A DNA stretch of 64,000 nt from an uncultured delta proteobacterium (GCA_963771465.1 CAVYTU010000014.1:672001-736000); one strand, 5' to 3'; shown: positions 9,966-20,366, counted from the stretch's first letter. Translations and numbers: made by a program. The notes: generated from the letters alone by a model not told the origin.

Positions 9966-12470
9966 CTAATGCGGTAAACCGAGGCTCATTTGGGTAATCG
10001 CGTGGGGCGGTAGGTTCGCCAAGAGCTCCATGATCGCTTCGTAGTTTACCGGCTTGGTCAGATGAGCGTCGAAACCCGCGTCGTGGGTGCGCTGGCGGTC
10101 TTGTTGTTGGCCCCATCCGGTAAGCGCGATCAGCACCATATGCTTGCCCCAAGGCTGCTCGCGAATCTTGCGGGCGGCCTCGTAGCCGTCGAGCTTGGGC
10201 ATGGCGATATCGAGCACGACCACGTCTGGGAGAAAGCGAGCGGCGCTTTCCACGGCTTCGATACCGTCCTGGGCGACTTCTACTTCATTGCCTTCTTGGC
10301 GTAGCAATCGCGCCAGGGTTTCCGCGGATTGGGGGAAGTCATCGGCCACCAAGATGCGCCGGCGGAGAAGCGGCACGACATCGCCATTGTATTGGAGATG
10401 TTGCTCTGTCCGTTTCGAGTGATAAGGCAAAACCGGCAGCTGCACGATGAATTCGCTGCCGCGGTTGAGCCCGGCGCTACGCGCTTCGACCTTGCCGCCG
10501 TGCAGTTCAACCAGACGATGGACCAAGGTTAAACCCAATCCCAGGCCGCCCTCCGAGCGCGTGAAGGATCGGTCCACTTGGTAAAATAGATCGAAAAGGT
10601 GCGGCAAATTTTCGGCTGCGATGCCGACGCCGGTATCTTTGACCCGCACTTCGACGGTGTCGCCAGCGCGTTCGACGTTGAGCCAAATATGGCCCGGGTC
10701 GGGCGTGTACTTGGCGGCATTATTCAACAAGTTCATGACCACTTGGGTCAATCTAACCCGGTCGGCGTCGAGATAGATGGCGTCCTGCGACATGATCACG
10801 GTCAGCTCATGTTTGCGCTGGTCAATCAATGGCCGGCAAGATTCCACCGCGGCGCGAATCACTTCCGGCAAGTTCACTGGCTCTTTCTGGAGATCGAGTT
10901 TTTCTCTAGTGATGCGGCTCACATCGAAGAGATCGTCGGTCAACCGGGTCAGGTAGTTGACCTGCCGCTCAATGATGTCTCTGCCCCAGCGAGGATCCGC
11001 CTCGGGCGAGTGAGCGCCCTGTTGGAGCGCGACGATATTGCGCATGAGTGAAAGGGGATTACGCAGCTCATGGGCGAGGGTCGCCAAAAATTCATCCTTG
11101 CGCCGGTCGGCGTCGCGCAACGCCGCATCGCTTTCCATGAGTGCCTTGTCGAGTTGCAGTTTTTCCACCGCGAGCCAAGTGCGTTCGGCGACCAGGTTGA
11201 CCAGTGCGATCTCGCGCTCGTTCCATTCATGGGGTTCAGCCATGGCGACCACCAACGCCGAGACGAGTTCGCTGTTGCGCACCAACGGCGCGGCTACATA
11301 GGCTTCGACGCCGAGTTTGCGGTAGCCATCGAGGAATTCCGCGGAGCGCGGATCACGACTGACGTCGCTGATAACCGTGGTCTGACCGGAGCGACCGGCC
11401 TCGATGACCGTCGGACTGAATCCACTCAGCGGGTAACTGCCGACCAGCGAAGGTACATGCGGATGGTAATCACGCTGCACGGTGCAGCGGTCGCGCTTGC
11501 TATCGATCTCAATGAAGCCGGAGCGGTTTGCCTCCAGGTGTTCGCCGAGAGCAACGGCGACCGCCCAGAGCAACTCATCGGCATCCGCTGCGAAGCGGAT
11601 GCATTCACCCAAGTCGAGTAGAAACAAAGTATTCGCCTCGGCTTGTTTTCGGCGGGTAATATCGCGGACAGCGACGTTGACCCCCAAAAGATCGCCGGTG
11701 CTGTTGTGCACCGGGTAATAACTACAAAGCCAGTGGCGTATCTCCACCGGCACAGCCGGACTTATGCCGGTGATTTCAACGTCGATGACCGGTTGCCCTG
11801 TATCGATGGCGCGACGGTAATGAGCTTCAATGATATCGGCAAGCTCAGGGACGACTTCGCGGACGGTTTTACCGAGAAAAAATTCGGGCGTGTGCGAGTG
11901 CATCTCCGCCAGCGCGTTGTTGATCGAGACGTAGCGCAGGTCGCGATCGACAAAACACAATCCCACCGGAGCCGAAGCATAGATGGTATTGATCAACGCC
12001 AAACGCTCGTTGGCGATGCGTTCGCTGTCGCGCATCTCTTCTCGGACGCGCCGATGGCGCAATCCAAGGGTGGTCACGCTCCAAATCATGACGATCGCTA
12101 ATCCGTAATTGACGAATTGAAGCCAACCGGGCGCACTGGCGTTGCGTGATGCCATGTAGTAGTCGATGGACAGCAACAACGTGCACACCGCCGCGACTAC
12201 GATTTTTTCCGCTTTGCCTGGGAGGGCGACCACGAGGACCAGCGTGGCAACGTAGCAAATCGGAATTGCCAACTGATTGGGCGACCAGAGATCGATAAGG
12301 AAAATCAGCGTCACCACCAAAGGAGCCAGTAACCAGGAAAATAACCGGCGCATGGACGAGGGTGATGTAGCTTGACGCTCCCCTTTGCGAAGACCTGGGT
12401 CCGAGAGCACTATTGGCCGTTCGGTGTTTGGCATAGATATAGAATACCGCCACTGAGCTAAAAAATTCAT
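9966..12470 (-). CDS. Membrane-anchored hybrid sensor histidine kinase (TM-PAS-GAF-HisKA-HATPase-REC)
   Basis: PAS ending RDITRRK, GAF, LAHELRNPL, NLLNNAAKY, DTGVG, GLGLGL, receiver LDIAMP; true start may be 12434 or 12353. Confidence 0.93.
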   Translation of the reverse strand: MNFLAQWRYSISMPNTERPIVLSDPGLRKGERQATSPSSMRRLFSWLLAPLVVTLIFLIDLWSPNQLAIPICYVATLVLVVALPGKAEKIVVAAVCTLLLSIDYYMASRNASAPGWLQFVNYGLAIVMIWSVTTLGLRHRRVREEMRDSERIANERLALINTIYASAPVGLCFVDRDLRYVSINNALAEMHSHTPEFFLGKTVREVVPELADIIEAHYRRAIDTGQPVIDVEITGISPAVPVEIRHWLCSYYPVHNSTGDLLGVNVAVRDITRRKQAEANTLFLLDLGECIRFAADADELLWAVAVALGEHLEANRSGFIEIDSKRDRCTVQRDYHPHVPSLVGSYPLSGFSPTVIEAGRSGQTTVISDVSRDPRSAEFLDGYRKLGVEAYVAAPLVRNSELVSALVVAMAEPHEWNEREIALVNLVAERTWLAVEKLQLDKALMESDAALRDADRRKDEFLATLAHELRNPLSLMRNIVALQQGAHSPEADPRWGRDIIERQVNYLTRLTDDLFDVSRITREKLDLQKEPVNLPEVIRAAVESCRPLIDQRKHELTVIMSQDAIYLDADRVRLTQVVMNLLNNAAKYTPDPGHIWLNVERAGDTVEVRVKDTGVGIAAENLPHLFDLFYQVDRSFTRSEGGLGLGLTLVHRLVELHGGKVEARSAGLNRGSEFIVQLPVLPYHSKRTEQHLQYNGDVVPLLRRRILVADDFPQSAETLARLLRQEGNEVEVAQDGIEAVESAARFLPDVVVLDIAMPKLDGYEAARKIREQPWGKHMVLIALTGWGQQQDRQRTHDAGFDAHLTKPVNYEAIMELLANLPPHAITQMSLGLPH

Positions 12471-12700
12471 TTTACCAAACCGATTCGGTAACCTACAAGC
12501 TAAATTGTAAATTAACGAGGTAAATCGTCGGCGTATGCTTCGACTGGCCGCGCTTTTGGACTTGGCGCTGCCGGACTAGCAATGGAGTCGGTTCGCCGGG
12601 GAGAGGAATTGGGCTCCGACTTGGCATCGGCGCCATGCTTGACAAGCTCGACGGGCCAGACAATAGATGACGGAGTTTATTATTACCGGGGACCAAGCCG

Positions 12701-14299
12701 ATGGCCAATGAAAAAAAGTATTACCGTGACTTTCGCGCGCACTTAACGGCGCTCGAGGAGCGCGGCAAACTGGTGCGCATCAAGCGCGAAATTAATAAGG
12801 ACACCGAACTGATGCCGCTGGTGCGTTGGCAGTTTCGCGGCTTGGAAGAACGCGACCGCAAAGCGTTCATGTTCGAGAACGTCGTCGATTCAAAGGGCCG
12901 GCGATTCGCTATGCCCGTCACCGTAGGAACCTTAGCGGCGACCACCGAAATTTACGCCATCGGCATGATGTGCGAACCGGACGCGATCCACGAACGCTGG
13001 ACACAGGCACAGCTAAATCCCATCGAGCCGGTGACGGTGCGATCGGCGCCGGTGCACGAGATTATCTGGCAGGGCGCTGACCTATTCAATGGCCATGGCC
13101 TCGACATGATCCCGGTGCCGATCTCGACGCCGGGTTTCGACAATGCGCCTTATCTTAGCTCCGCCAACTGGATCACCAAGGATCCGGACACCGGTATTTA
13201 TAACATCGGCAATTATCGCAGCCAGATCAAATCCGCCGATCGCACCGGCGGCCTGTTCACCTCGCAGCATATGGGGCAACACTGGCGCAAAGCCAAAGCC
13301 AAGGGTCGGCGGCTCGAAGCGTGCATCGCGATCGGCGTGACGCCGAATATCGCTTATTCGGCCACGGCGAAGATTCCCTACGATTTCGACGAGTATCGGC
13401 TTGCCGGCGGGCTGGCGGGAGAACCCGTTGAACTCGTGCGGGCGAAATCGGTCGACTTGCTGGTGCCGGCGACGGCGGAAATCATTATCGAAGGAACGAT
13501 TCCCACAGATGTTGTCGAACCGGAAGGGCCGTTCGGCGAGTATCCTGGCTACATGGGTCATCGCACGGTATCGCCGTTCCTCGAAGTGACCTGCATCACG
13601 CAGCGAAAAGACGCCATCTATACGGCTCTCATGAGTCAGTTCCCACCGAGCGAATCGAGCAAGATCAAACACACGGGCACCGAAAAAATCATCTACAAAT
13701 ATATTCGCCACGACAGCGGCAACTCAGCGGTCATCGATGTCGCGCTGCACGATGAAGTCAGCGGCAGCGGGCAAGCTTATTGTGTGATCAAGATGCGCAA
13801 CGGATCGAAGGCCGACGCCTGGCGCGCGCTCAATGCGTCAGCGGGTTTTACCGGTAGTTACGCCAAGGTTTGTATCGCCGTCGACGACGACATCGATATC
13901 CGCGATCCGGCCATGGTCAATTGGGCGATCTGTTACAACATGCGGCCCGATGAAGATGTCGCCATCGCCAAAGGCAAGATGCCGGGGCTCGATCCGTCGA
14001 CCTATCCACCGGGCACGGAGAGCGAGGACAGACAGCCGCGCTCGACTTCGGCGTTGCTCATAAACGCCGTACGGCCGTGGCCCTATACGCCGGTGTCGCT
14101 GCCAAAAAAACAGTTCATGGAACGGTCCAAACAGATTTGGGAGGAACTCGAACTGCCGCCGCTAAAACCGCGCACGCCGTGGTACGGCTACAGCCTCGGT
14201 GCCTGGACGAAAGAGGACGAAGACGAGGCGGATTTGGCGGTTAAGGGCGATTATTTTGAGACCGGCAAAAAGCAGACGGGGCAGAGGAAGAAGACGTAA
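12701..14299 (+). CDS. UbiD-family (prFMN-dependent) decarboxylase
   Basis: DFRAHL..LEERGKL N-terminus, NIGNYR, VPATAEIIIEG, EGPFGEYPGY, VDDDIDIRD. Confidence 0.92.
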   Translation: MANEKKYYRDFRAHLTALEERGKLVRIKREINKDTELMPLVRWQFRGLEERDRKAFMFENVVDSKGRRFAMPVTVGTLAATTEIYAIGMMCEPDAIHERWTQAQLNPIEPVTVRSAPVHEIIWQGADLFNGHGLDMIPVPISTPGFDNAPYLSSANWITKDPDTGIYNIGNYRSQIKSADRTGGLFTSQHMGQHWRKAKAKGRRLEACIAIGVTPNIAYSATAKIPYDFDEYRLAGGLAGEPVELVRAKSVDLLVPATAEIIIEGTIPTDVVEPEGPFGEYPGYMGHRTVSPFLEVTCITQRKDAIYTALMSQFPPSESSKIKHTGTEKIIYKYIRHDSGNSAVIDVALHDEVSGSGQAYCVIKMRNGSKADAWRALNASAGFTGSYAKVCIAVDDDIDIRDPAMVNWAICYNMRPDEDVAIAKGKMPGLDPSTYPPGTESEDRQPRSTSALLINAVRPWPYTPVSLPKKQFMERSKQIWEELELPPLKPRTPWYGYSLGAWTKEDEDEADLAVKGDYFETGKKQTGQRKKT

Positions 14300-14334
14300 A
14301 TCGACTGCATTGATTCCATTCGTCAGGTCGCCTA

Positions 14335-14787
14335 TCAGAAGAGTCCCGGTACCCAACGTCTCACATGGGTCAAATAGTCCGCGTAGGGTTGGCCTAGGCG
14401 CGGAACGAGTTTTTTCTCGTCGCCAATAACTCGCAGGTGAAACCAGGTGGCGGTACCGATGGTCAGCAGCCCAGCGAGCCAGGATTTTAGCGTCAAGGTC
14501 AGGCCGATGAGAAATATGATGTGGCCCAAGTACATGGGATTGCGTGTCAGGGCATAGGGACCGGTCGATACCAGACGCTCGGGTGGTGTTTCCAACCCCG
14601 GTCCGCCACCGCCAATGCGAATTCGATAGCGACCGCACAGCCGATATTGCAGATAGCCCCAGATCATCAATGGTGTGAACCAGAGACTAGGCTGGAATTG
14701 ATTGCCATTCACGGCCAGCTCCCAGAGTAGTGAAACGACGGGATAGACGACGAAGCTACGAACCGGCGTGCGGCTAAGAAATCTCAT
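14335..14787 (-). CDS. Isoprenylcysteine carboxylmethyltransferase/PEMT-family membrane protein
   Basis: LVSTGPYALTRNPMYLG, DE..L...G..Y..Y...VRRW. Confidence 0.88.
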   Translation of the reverse strand: MRFLSRTPVRSFVVYPVVSLLWELAVNGNQFQPSLWFTPLMIWGYLQYRLCGRYRIRIGGGGPGLETPPERLVSTGPYALTRNPMYLGHIIFLIGLTLTLKSWLAGLLTIGTATWFHLRVIGDEKKLVPRLGQPYADYLTHVRRWVPGLF

Positions 14788-14802
14788 TTTGCCTTCCTCA
14801 CG

Positions 14803-15555
14803 ATGTCTTTCGATCTAACACATGTTCTCATCGGTGTCGCGCTGCTGTTTGCGGCCTTCGTGAAGGGTGCGACCGGTCTGGGCTTTCCCTTAATCGCAAC
14901 GCCCACCGTCGCGTTGCTATTGGACATCCGCACCGCCGTGACTATTCTGATCCTGCCAAATCTCTTGATGGACGTGACGCAAGTCTTTCGCGACGGCTTT
15001 CCCTACGCCGTCCTGCGCCGTTTCAAATCGATGGTTGGGTTGACCATCGTGGGGGTTTTCCTCGGCACGATGGTGTTGATGATGTTGCCGCTTTGGGTGC
15101 TCAATTTCTGCCTTGGGATCATGGTGATTGTCTTTGTCGTATCGAGTTTGCTCAAATACGACTTCACCATCTCTCCCGGCGCCGAAAAAAAACTCTCGCC
15201 AATATTCGGATTCCTAAGCGGATTCTTAAACGGCATGACCAATGCCGCGGGGCCGATATTGGCGATTTACTTCTACAGCCTGAAACTCGAGAAGCGCGAC
15301 TTCGTGAAATCGGTCGCGACGATTTTCATGATCACCAAGGCCACTCAGTTGATCGCAGTGTCGACCTGGAATCTTTTCAACTGGAATACCATCACGCTGT
15401 CGATCCAAGTTGTGCTCTTCACGCTGCTCGGTTTTTTTGCCGGTCTGAAAACCCAGGACCGGGTGAACCAGAAGACTTTTAGCCGCGGCTTACTAGTGCT
15501 GCTGTCGATCATCGGCGTGATTTTGATTACGCGGGCGCTAACGCAGGCGCGTTGA
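14803..15555 (+). CDS. TauE/SafE-family (sulfite exporter) membrane protein
   Basis: FVKGATGLGF, SGFLNG...AGP; about 8 TM helices. Confidence 0.88.
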   Translation: MSFDLTHVLIGVALLFAAFVKGATGLGFPLIATPTVALLLDIRTAVTILILPNLLMDVTQVFRDGFPYAVLRRFKSMVGLTIVGVFLGTMVLMMLPLWVLNFCLGIMVIVFVVSSLLKYDFTISPGAEKKLSPIFGFLSGFLNGMTNAAGPILAIYFYSLKLEKRDFVKSVATIFMITKATQLIAVSTWNLFNWNTITLSIQVVLFTLLGFFAGLKTQDRVNQKTFSRGLLVLLSIIGVILITRALTQAR

Positions 15556-15624
15556 CGGCGCCATTCGGATTTCTTTGAATCGAGCTGGAAAATCGGCTAG
15601 CCGGCAACAAGAAGCAGAGATCGG

Positions 15625-16347
15625 CTATAGCGTCGGTGCGTAGAGGTTATCCGGCAGGTCACGGATGTAATCGATCGCTTCTTTGAGCGAGATCACGTCG
15701 GCGTATTTCATCGCCATGTCGAACAGATTGATTTTGTGCGAAGCTTCGCCGCGGTCGAAAACACATTCTTCGATGACGGTTACTTTCATGTTGTAGGAGA
15801 ATGCGTCGATGACGCTGGCGCGCACGCAGCCGCTGGTTGTCGTGCCGCAGACCAGCAGACTGTCGGCATGGACCTCCGTGAGCATGCTCATGAGCGGCGT
15901 GCCGAAGAAAGCGCTGGGCTTTTGTTTGTGAACGACGATGTCGCCCGGCTGAGGCGCGATCTCTTCGACGATCTGATTGGCTTTCTCCCATTGCTCGGTC
16001 ATGTCTTCCGTGGTTCGGTTGCTTTTGGCCGCCCAACCGCCAACCAGAACCGTACTGTTGGCGCGATTCTCCTCGGCGGTGGTGTAAAACGTAGGTACGT
16101 GCTTCTGGCGTGCTTCGGTAAGCAATTCGCGGATTTTATAAACCCCTTCCCAGCCTTCTTCACCACAGCTGGTGCGAAACCGTTTGATCGATTGCAAAAT
16201 GGGCTCGGGCTTATCGCCGGTGAAATTATAATTGACATCGATGATCAATAGCGCGGGGCGCCGGCCCAAGCCGGCTTTCTTGCCGAAACCGGAGAGCGCG
16301 AAAACCTCTTTGTCGCGCGGCGTGAGTATATCGTCCCAACTTGCCAT
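15625..16347 (-). CDS. Isochorismatase-family cysteine hydrolase (N-carbamoylsarcosine/maleamate amidase-like)
   Basis: Catalytic D (IDVN), K (KQKPSAF), C (TTSGCVR); GGAGG RBS before MASWDD. Confidence 0.9.
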   Translation of the reverse strand: MASWDDILTPRDKEVFALSGFGKKAGLGRRPALLIIDVNYNFTGDKPEPILQSIKRFRTSCGEEGWEGVYKIRELLTEARQKHVPTFYTTAEENRANSTVLVGGWAAKSNRTTEDMTEQWEKANQIVEEIAPQPGDIVVHKQKPSAFFGTPLMSMLTEVHADSLLVCGTTTSGCVRASVIDAFSYNMKVTVIEECVFDRGEASHKINLFDMAMKYADVISLKEAIDYIRDLPDNLYAPTL

Positions 16348-16498
16348 GTCATGCCTCCAAGTGTTCATGCGCTGATGCCGAATGTTCATCGCAATAGGGC
16401 GGTGATGTCAAGCCGTAAAAAAGCCGGTCTGTTTGGCTGGCTCTCGGAAATCGAATCCCTTATAAGGATTGAGCCGGCGGAAATAGTTTGATAGGCGG

Positions 16499-17068
16499 AT
16501 GGCGATGATTCAACCACTGAAAAAAGCGATGGTTGGTTTGCTTTTGCTACTCATGGCCGGCTGCGGCTCGTCAGTGGCGCTGTGGACTTATGGCGAGGTG
16601 CCGTTCGTACGCTCGACGCCGGAGGTAATCGACCGTATGCTTGAAATGGCGCAAGTTAAATCCGGCGACTTGATCTATGACATTGGCAGCGGCGATGGCG
16701 CGATCATTATCCGCGCGGCGAAGCAATACGGCGTGCGCGGCGTCGGTATTGAAATTGACGAAGATTTGGTCCTGCGCGCGCGCAGCAACGCTTTTCGGGA
16801 AAAAGTCGATCACTTGGTGGAATTCCGCGCTCAGGATGCCTTTACCGTGGATGTGTCGCCGGCAACGGTGGTGACGCTCTACATGCTGCCGGAATTCAAC
16901 GCCAAGCTCAGGCCAATATTAGAACGACAATTGAAACTCGGCACGCGCGTGGTGTCGCATGATTATCCGATCGCCGGTTGGGTGCCGGACCGCGTTGAAA
17001 ATGTCAAAGGCAACTTTGTCCATGACCATCAAGTCCTGCTCTTCGAAATACGCGAGCCGGCTCCATAG
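16499..17068 (+). CDS. Class I SAM-dependent methyltransferase with a lipoprotein signal
   Basis: Lipobox LMAGC; VPFVRS, YDIGSGDG, GIEID, VVSHDY. Confidence 0.88.
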   Translation: MAMIQPLKKAMVGLLLLLMAGCGSSVALWTYGEVPFVRSTPEVIDRMLEMAQVKSGDLIYDIGSGDGAIIIRAAKQYGVRGVGIEIDEDLVLRARSNAFREKVDHLVEFRAQDAFTVDVSPATVVTLYMLPEFNAKLRPILERQLKLGTRVVSHDYPIAGWVPDRVENVKGNFVHDHQVLLFEIREPAP

Positions 17069-17076
17069 TCGCGCGA

Positions 17077-18176
17077 TCAAAAGCCGGGCAAGCGGTAAAA
17101 CTTCGCCGGATTCGATTCTAAGATCTTCGTTTTCGCTGTCTCGCTGATATCTTTTCTATTCTGCAGCGTTTTGGCGGCGAACCGTTCACGGTCGCCGTGG
17201 GGCATGTCCGAGGCGAACAACTCCAACACTTGGGGCAGCAATATGTCTTCGACTTCCGAACTGAAATAGATGTTGCCTTTCTCGATGTATTCCTCAGGCG
17301 CGAGCTTTTGGATCGGTGCTGTCCGCGAGACGACGTTGGCGAGATTTTTTTCCGAATGCTCGAAACGGTGATGCAGTCGTTCCAATATAAAGTGCACCCA
17401 CAAACAGCCGGCTTCCAGGTAAACAACGGCCATGCTGGGGAAACGATCGAAGATGCCGCCGCTCATCATCGACACCATGCCCATGAGCACGGGCATTAAA
17501 AAAGCATGACGCCGGACGGATAGATATGCGTGTAGAGATTATTGAGCGACGGACAGGCCCAACCGACATGGACGGCAAGGGGCAGATTTTCGCTTGTCAC
17601 CGCTTCATAAAATGGCCATAGCAGCCGGTCGCCGGCGGTGCCGAGAATCATCATGCCGATAGCGCCGAGCCGTTTCGCTTCTTTGACTTGCTTCACTGCT
17701 GCGGGAATGTCGTCGAGATTGGCGACGCCAACCCATTTGAGCCGCTCTTGACCTGAGAGTACGTCGCCGAGCCAACGGTTGTAGGCGTCGCACATGGCGC
17801 TCGTGTAGGCCGGGTTGATGCTCAGCGGATAGGCGAGAAAGAGCGTGGGATAAAGTACCTGGAGCCAAATATTCTCCTCGTCCATGATCTGCAGACGTTC
17901 TTTCAAATGGGTCAACTCCATGCTGCCCAAAGTGTCGGGCTTGCGCTGCGCGTGGCGCACCGGCTTGCCTTGATAACTCGCCGGCGTGCCGAGATTGTTA
18001 CAGCCGCGGCCGACGCGGCGCGGAAAGAGCTGCTCATCGATCATCCAGTACGCCAATCCCTCTTCGGTTCCCGGCACCACTTGGGGGCGATGGGGGCGAA
18101 ACTGGGGGACAAAATATTTGTCGCTGAAAGTTAGCGGATTCTCTTCGACATGGCCGTCGGCATCGATGACACGCAT
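17077..18176 (-). pseudogene. Amidohydrolase_2-family gene, frameshifted at ~17500 and with apparent in-frame deletions
   Basis: DADGH start; frame break at ATG CTT TTT TAA TGC CC; against the paralog at 19288 about 7 aa are missing before FASD and about 5 aa before WPFY. Confidence 0.8.
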
Positions 18177-18191
18177 AAAATCTCCAGCAAA

Positions 18192-18221
18192 TTTGCCTGT
18201 GCGGTTCTTATAACAGGCAAA
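18192..18221. promoter_or_regulatory. 9-bp inverted repeat (operator or hairpin) upstream of the amidohydrolase pseudogene
   Basis: TTTGCCTGT-N12-ACAGGCAAA. Confidence 0.35.
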
Positions 18222-18278
18222 CTTTGAGCTGCAACCTTCTTCGGGAGTGGAAATTCGCCAGCGGCTTAGCGGCGCTGC

Positions 18279-19286
18279 TCAACGATACAAGGCGTCGATG
18301 AAACCGCTCGACTGCATCTGGCGGACGAAAGAGTCGTCATAAAATCTTTTTGGCTCGGCATCCTTGGCTTTGGGAATTCGCCCAGCAAGATCGTCGAGCA
18401 CCGACTTCATCGCTTCAACCGTCGTGAGCGGCACGCGCAACATGTATTTTTGCACGTCGATGTCGTAGGCCTCGGCAAGCGCGTTGGGATTGGCGGTGCG
18501 CAGATATTTGCCCATGAACTTAAGCGCCAGATTCTTATCGCGCTTGGCGCGGGCGATCGCTTCGGTCTGCGCCATTATGTAGCGGCGCACTAGATCGGGG
18601 TCTTCCTTAATCAAACGGCCGCGCGTTGTCATGCCCGTAAATGCGTAGGGAATGCCCAGCGAGGCGACGTCCAGCAACGTGTGATGGCCGAGTTTCTTTG
18701 CCTGGGTGATCGCGGGATAAGAAAGAATGCCGGCCTGTATGCGATTGGTCTGCAAGGCGGTGACCATCGACTCCATGCCACCGACTTGGACGATGGCGAC
18801 TTCTTTTTCCGGCAGCAAACCGAAATGCTTGAGCGCGAGGCGCGCGCCGACGTCGATGGAAGTGCCGAAGCGCGTGATGCCGACGGACTTGCCTTTCAAA
18901 TGCTCGGACTTTTCAATTTCTGGACGCGCGATCAACTGCTGCACCAATGTATCGAGGGTCGTGCCGACGACGATGACATCGGCGCCGCCAAGCGCCGCGC
19001 TGGCGCTGGTACCGCCGGAGATCTGGAGAAACTGCACTTCGCCGGCGATCAGCGCGTTCATGCCTTCGACGCCGGTGGGTGTGGCGATGACCTCGACGTC
19101 CAAGCCGTGCTTGGCGAATATCCCGGTCTCGCGCGCCAACCAAGGCGGCATCATCGACGCGGATAGGGACGTAAACGCCATGCGCACTTTGCGCAGGTTG
19201 GCCGATTCGGCGGCGTTTGCGCGATACGTCGCCAGCTCGAATGCGCTCAGTATGAGAATAAGCAGAAATCCAAGCCGGCCTTGCAT
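18279..19286 (-). CDS. NitT/TauA/SsuA-type ABC substrate-binding protein
   Basis: Signal peptide, GIFAKHGLDV, LKGKSVGITRFG, FYDDSF; alternative start at 19301. Confidence 0.9.
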   Translation of the reverse strand: MQGRLGFLLILILSAFELATYRANAAESANLRKVRMAFTSLSASMMPPWLARETGIFAKHGLDVEVIATPTGVEGMNALIAGEVQFLQISGGTSASAALGGADVIVVGTTLDTLVQQLIARPEIEKSEHLKGKSVGITRFGTSIDVGARLALKHFGLLPEKEVAIVQVGGMESMVTALQTNRIQAGILSYPAITQAKKLGHHTLLDVASLGIPYAFTGMTTRGRLIKEDPDLVRRYIMAQTEAIARAKRDKNLALKFMGKYLRTANPNALAEAYDIDVQKYMLRVPLTTVEAMKSVLDDLAGRIPKAKDAEPKRFYDDSFVRQMQSSGFIDALYR

Positions 19287-19287
19287 C

Positions 19288-20292
19288 TTACTGCCAGCCA
19301 TAAAAGCGCTTGGCGTTATCGCCTAAGACACGATTCTTCGCCTGCTCGGAGATGTCCTTGCGGCCGCGGATCGTCGCTGTGACATAGGGAAACATACCAT
19401 CCCAGTGCGGATAGTCGGAGGCGAAGACGATTTTGTCGTCGCCGATGCGTTCGATCACGTACGGCAAGGTTTCTTCTTCCGGTTCCATGGCGAAGAACCA
19501 GTTGCCCTGACTGATGTATTCACTGGGCTTGTGCTTGCAATACGGCGCTTCCACTTTGCCGCGCTTTTCCCATTCCTCATCCATCCGTTCCATCCAATAA
19601 GGCACCCAGCCGACACCGCATTCGAGAAATGAAACTCTCAGCTTGGGAAAACGCTCAGCGATGCCGCCGTACATCAGACCCGCGAACTGTATAAACGTTT
19701 CCACCGGCCGGCCGATGGTGTGCATGAAGATAAAACTGTCGAAACGCTTTTCTCCCGCCGGCCCTTCGCGCCGGTTGTGCACGCACAGCGGTGTGTTCAA
19801 ACGCTGGAGTTCTTCGTAGAGCGGCCAATAAATTTGCGAACCGAGATGATCTTTCATGCCCTGGGTCGCTACGGCGATGGCCGCTAGTCCAAGCTTGGTC
19901 ACAGCACGGTTGGCTTCCTCCACCGCGGCGGCCGGATCTTGCATCGGCAACAACGCAACGCCTTTTAACCGCGGGCTCTCTTTGCAAACGTTGGAGATAA
20001 AATCGTTGTACGCGCGGGCATAGGCGACCGCGTAGGCGCGCTCCATGAAGCCAGCCACCGCGAAGCTACTGGTGGGAAACAGCACCGACACGTCGATGCC
20101 CTCTTTGTCCATGTCCTTCAGCCGCGTCGGAATATCATTGCCCTCCATGCCGCCGACGCGCCCGCCCATGCCCGTGTCTAAACCATCCGACGGCAAGAGC
20201 GGCCCACCGCGCTTAGCGTAGGGTTCCGGCAAATATTTTCTGATATCGACATCTTTCTCGACAATATGACCATCGGCATCGATTGTGCTCAT
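19288..20292 (-). CDS. Amidohydrolase_2-family metal-dependent hydrolase/decarboxylase
   Basis: DADGH, LCVH, FLECGVGW, FASDYPHWD. Confidence 0.92.
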   Translation of the reverse strand: MSTIDADGHIVEKDVDIRKYLPEPYAKRGGPLLPSDGLDTGMGGRVGGMEGNDIPTRLKDMDKEGIDVSVLFPTSSFAVAGFMERAYAVAYARAYNDFISNVCKESPRLKGVALLPMQDPAAAVEEANRAVTKLGLAAIAVATQGMKDHLGSQIYWPLYEELQRLNTPLCVHNRREGPAGEKRFDSFIFMHTIGRPVETFIQFAGLMYGGIAERFPKLRVSFLECGVGWVPYWMERMDEEWEKRGKVEAPYCKHKPSEYISQGNWFFAMEPEEETLPYVIERIGDDKIVFASDYPHWDGMFPYVTATIRGRKDISEQAKNRVLGDNAKRFYGWQ

Positions 20293-20336
20293 GACTCATC
20301 CTCCCGAGTAATTGTTGAAATTACTTGACGAATCGG

Positions 20337-20366
20337 AGAATAGTCGCACTGGCTGGATTCTGTCAA
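20337..20366 (-). promoter_or_regulatory. Sigma70-type promoter for the amidohydrolase-SBP operon
   Basis: TTGACA-N18-TATTCT on the minus strand. Confidence 0.55.
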
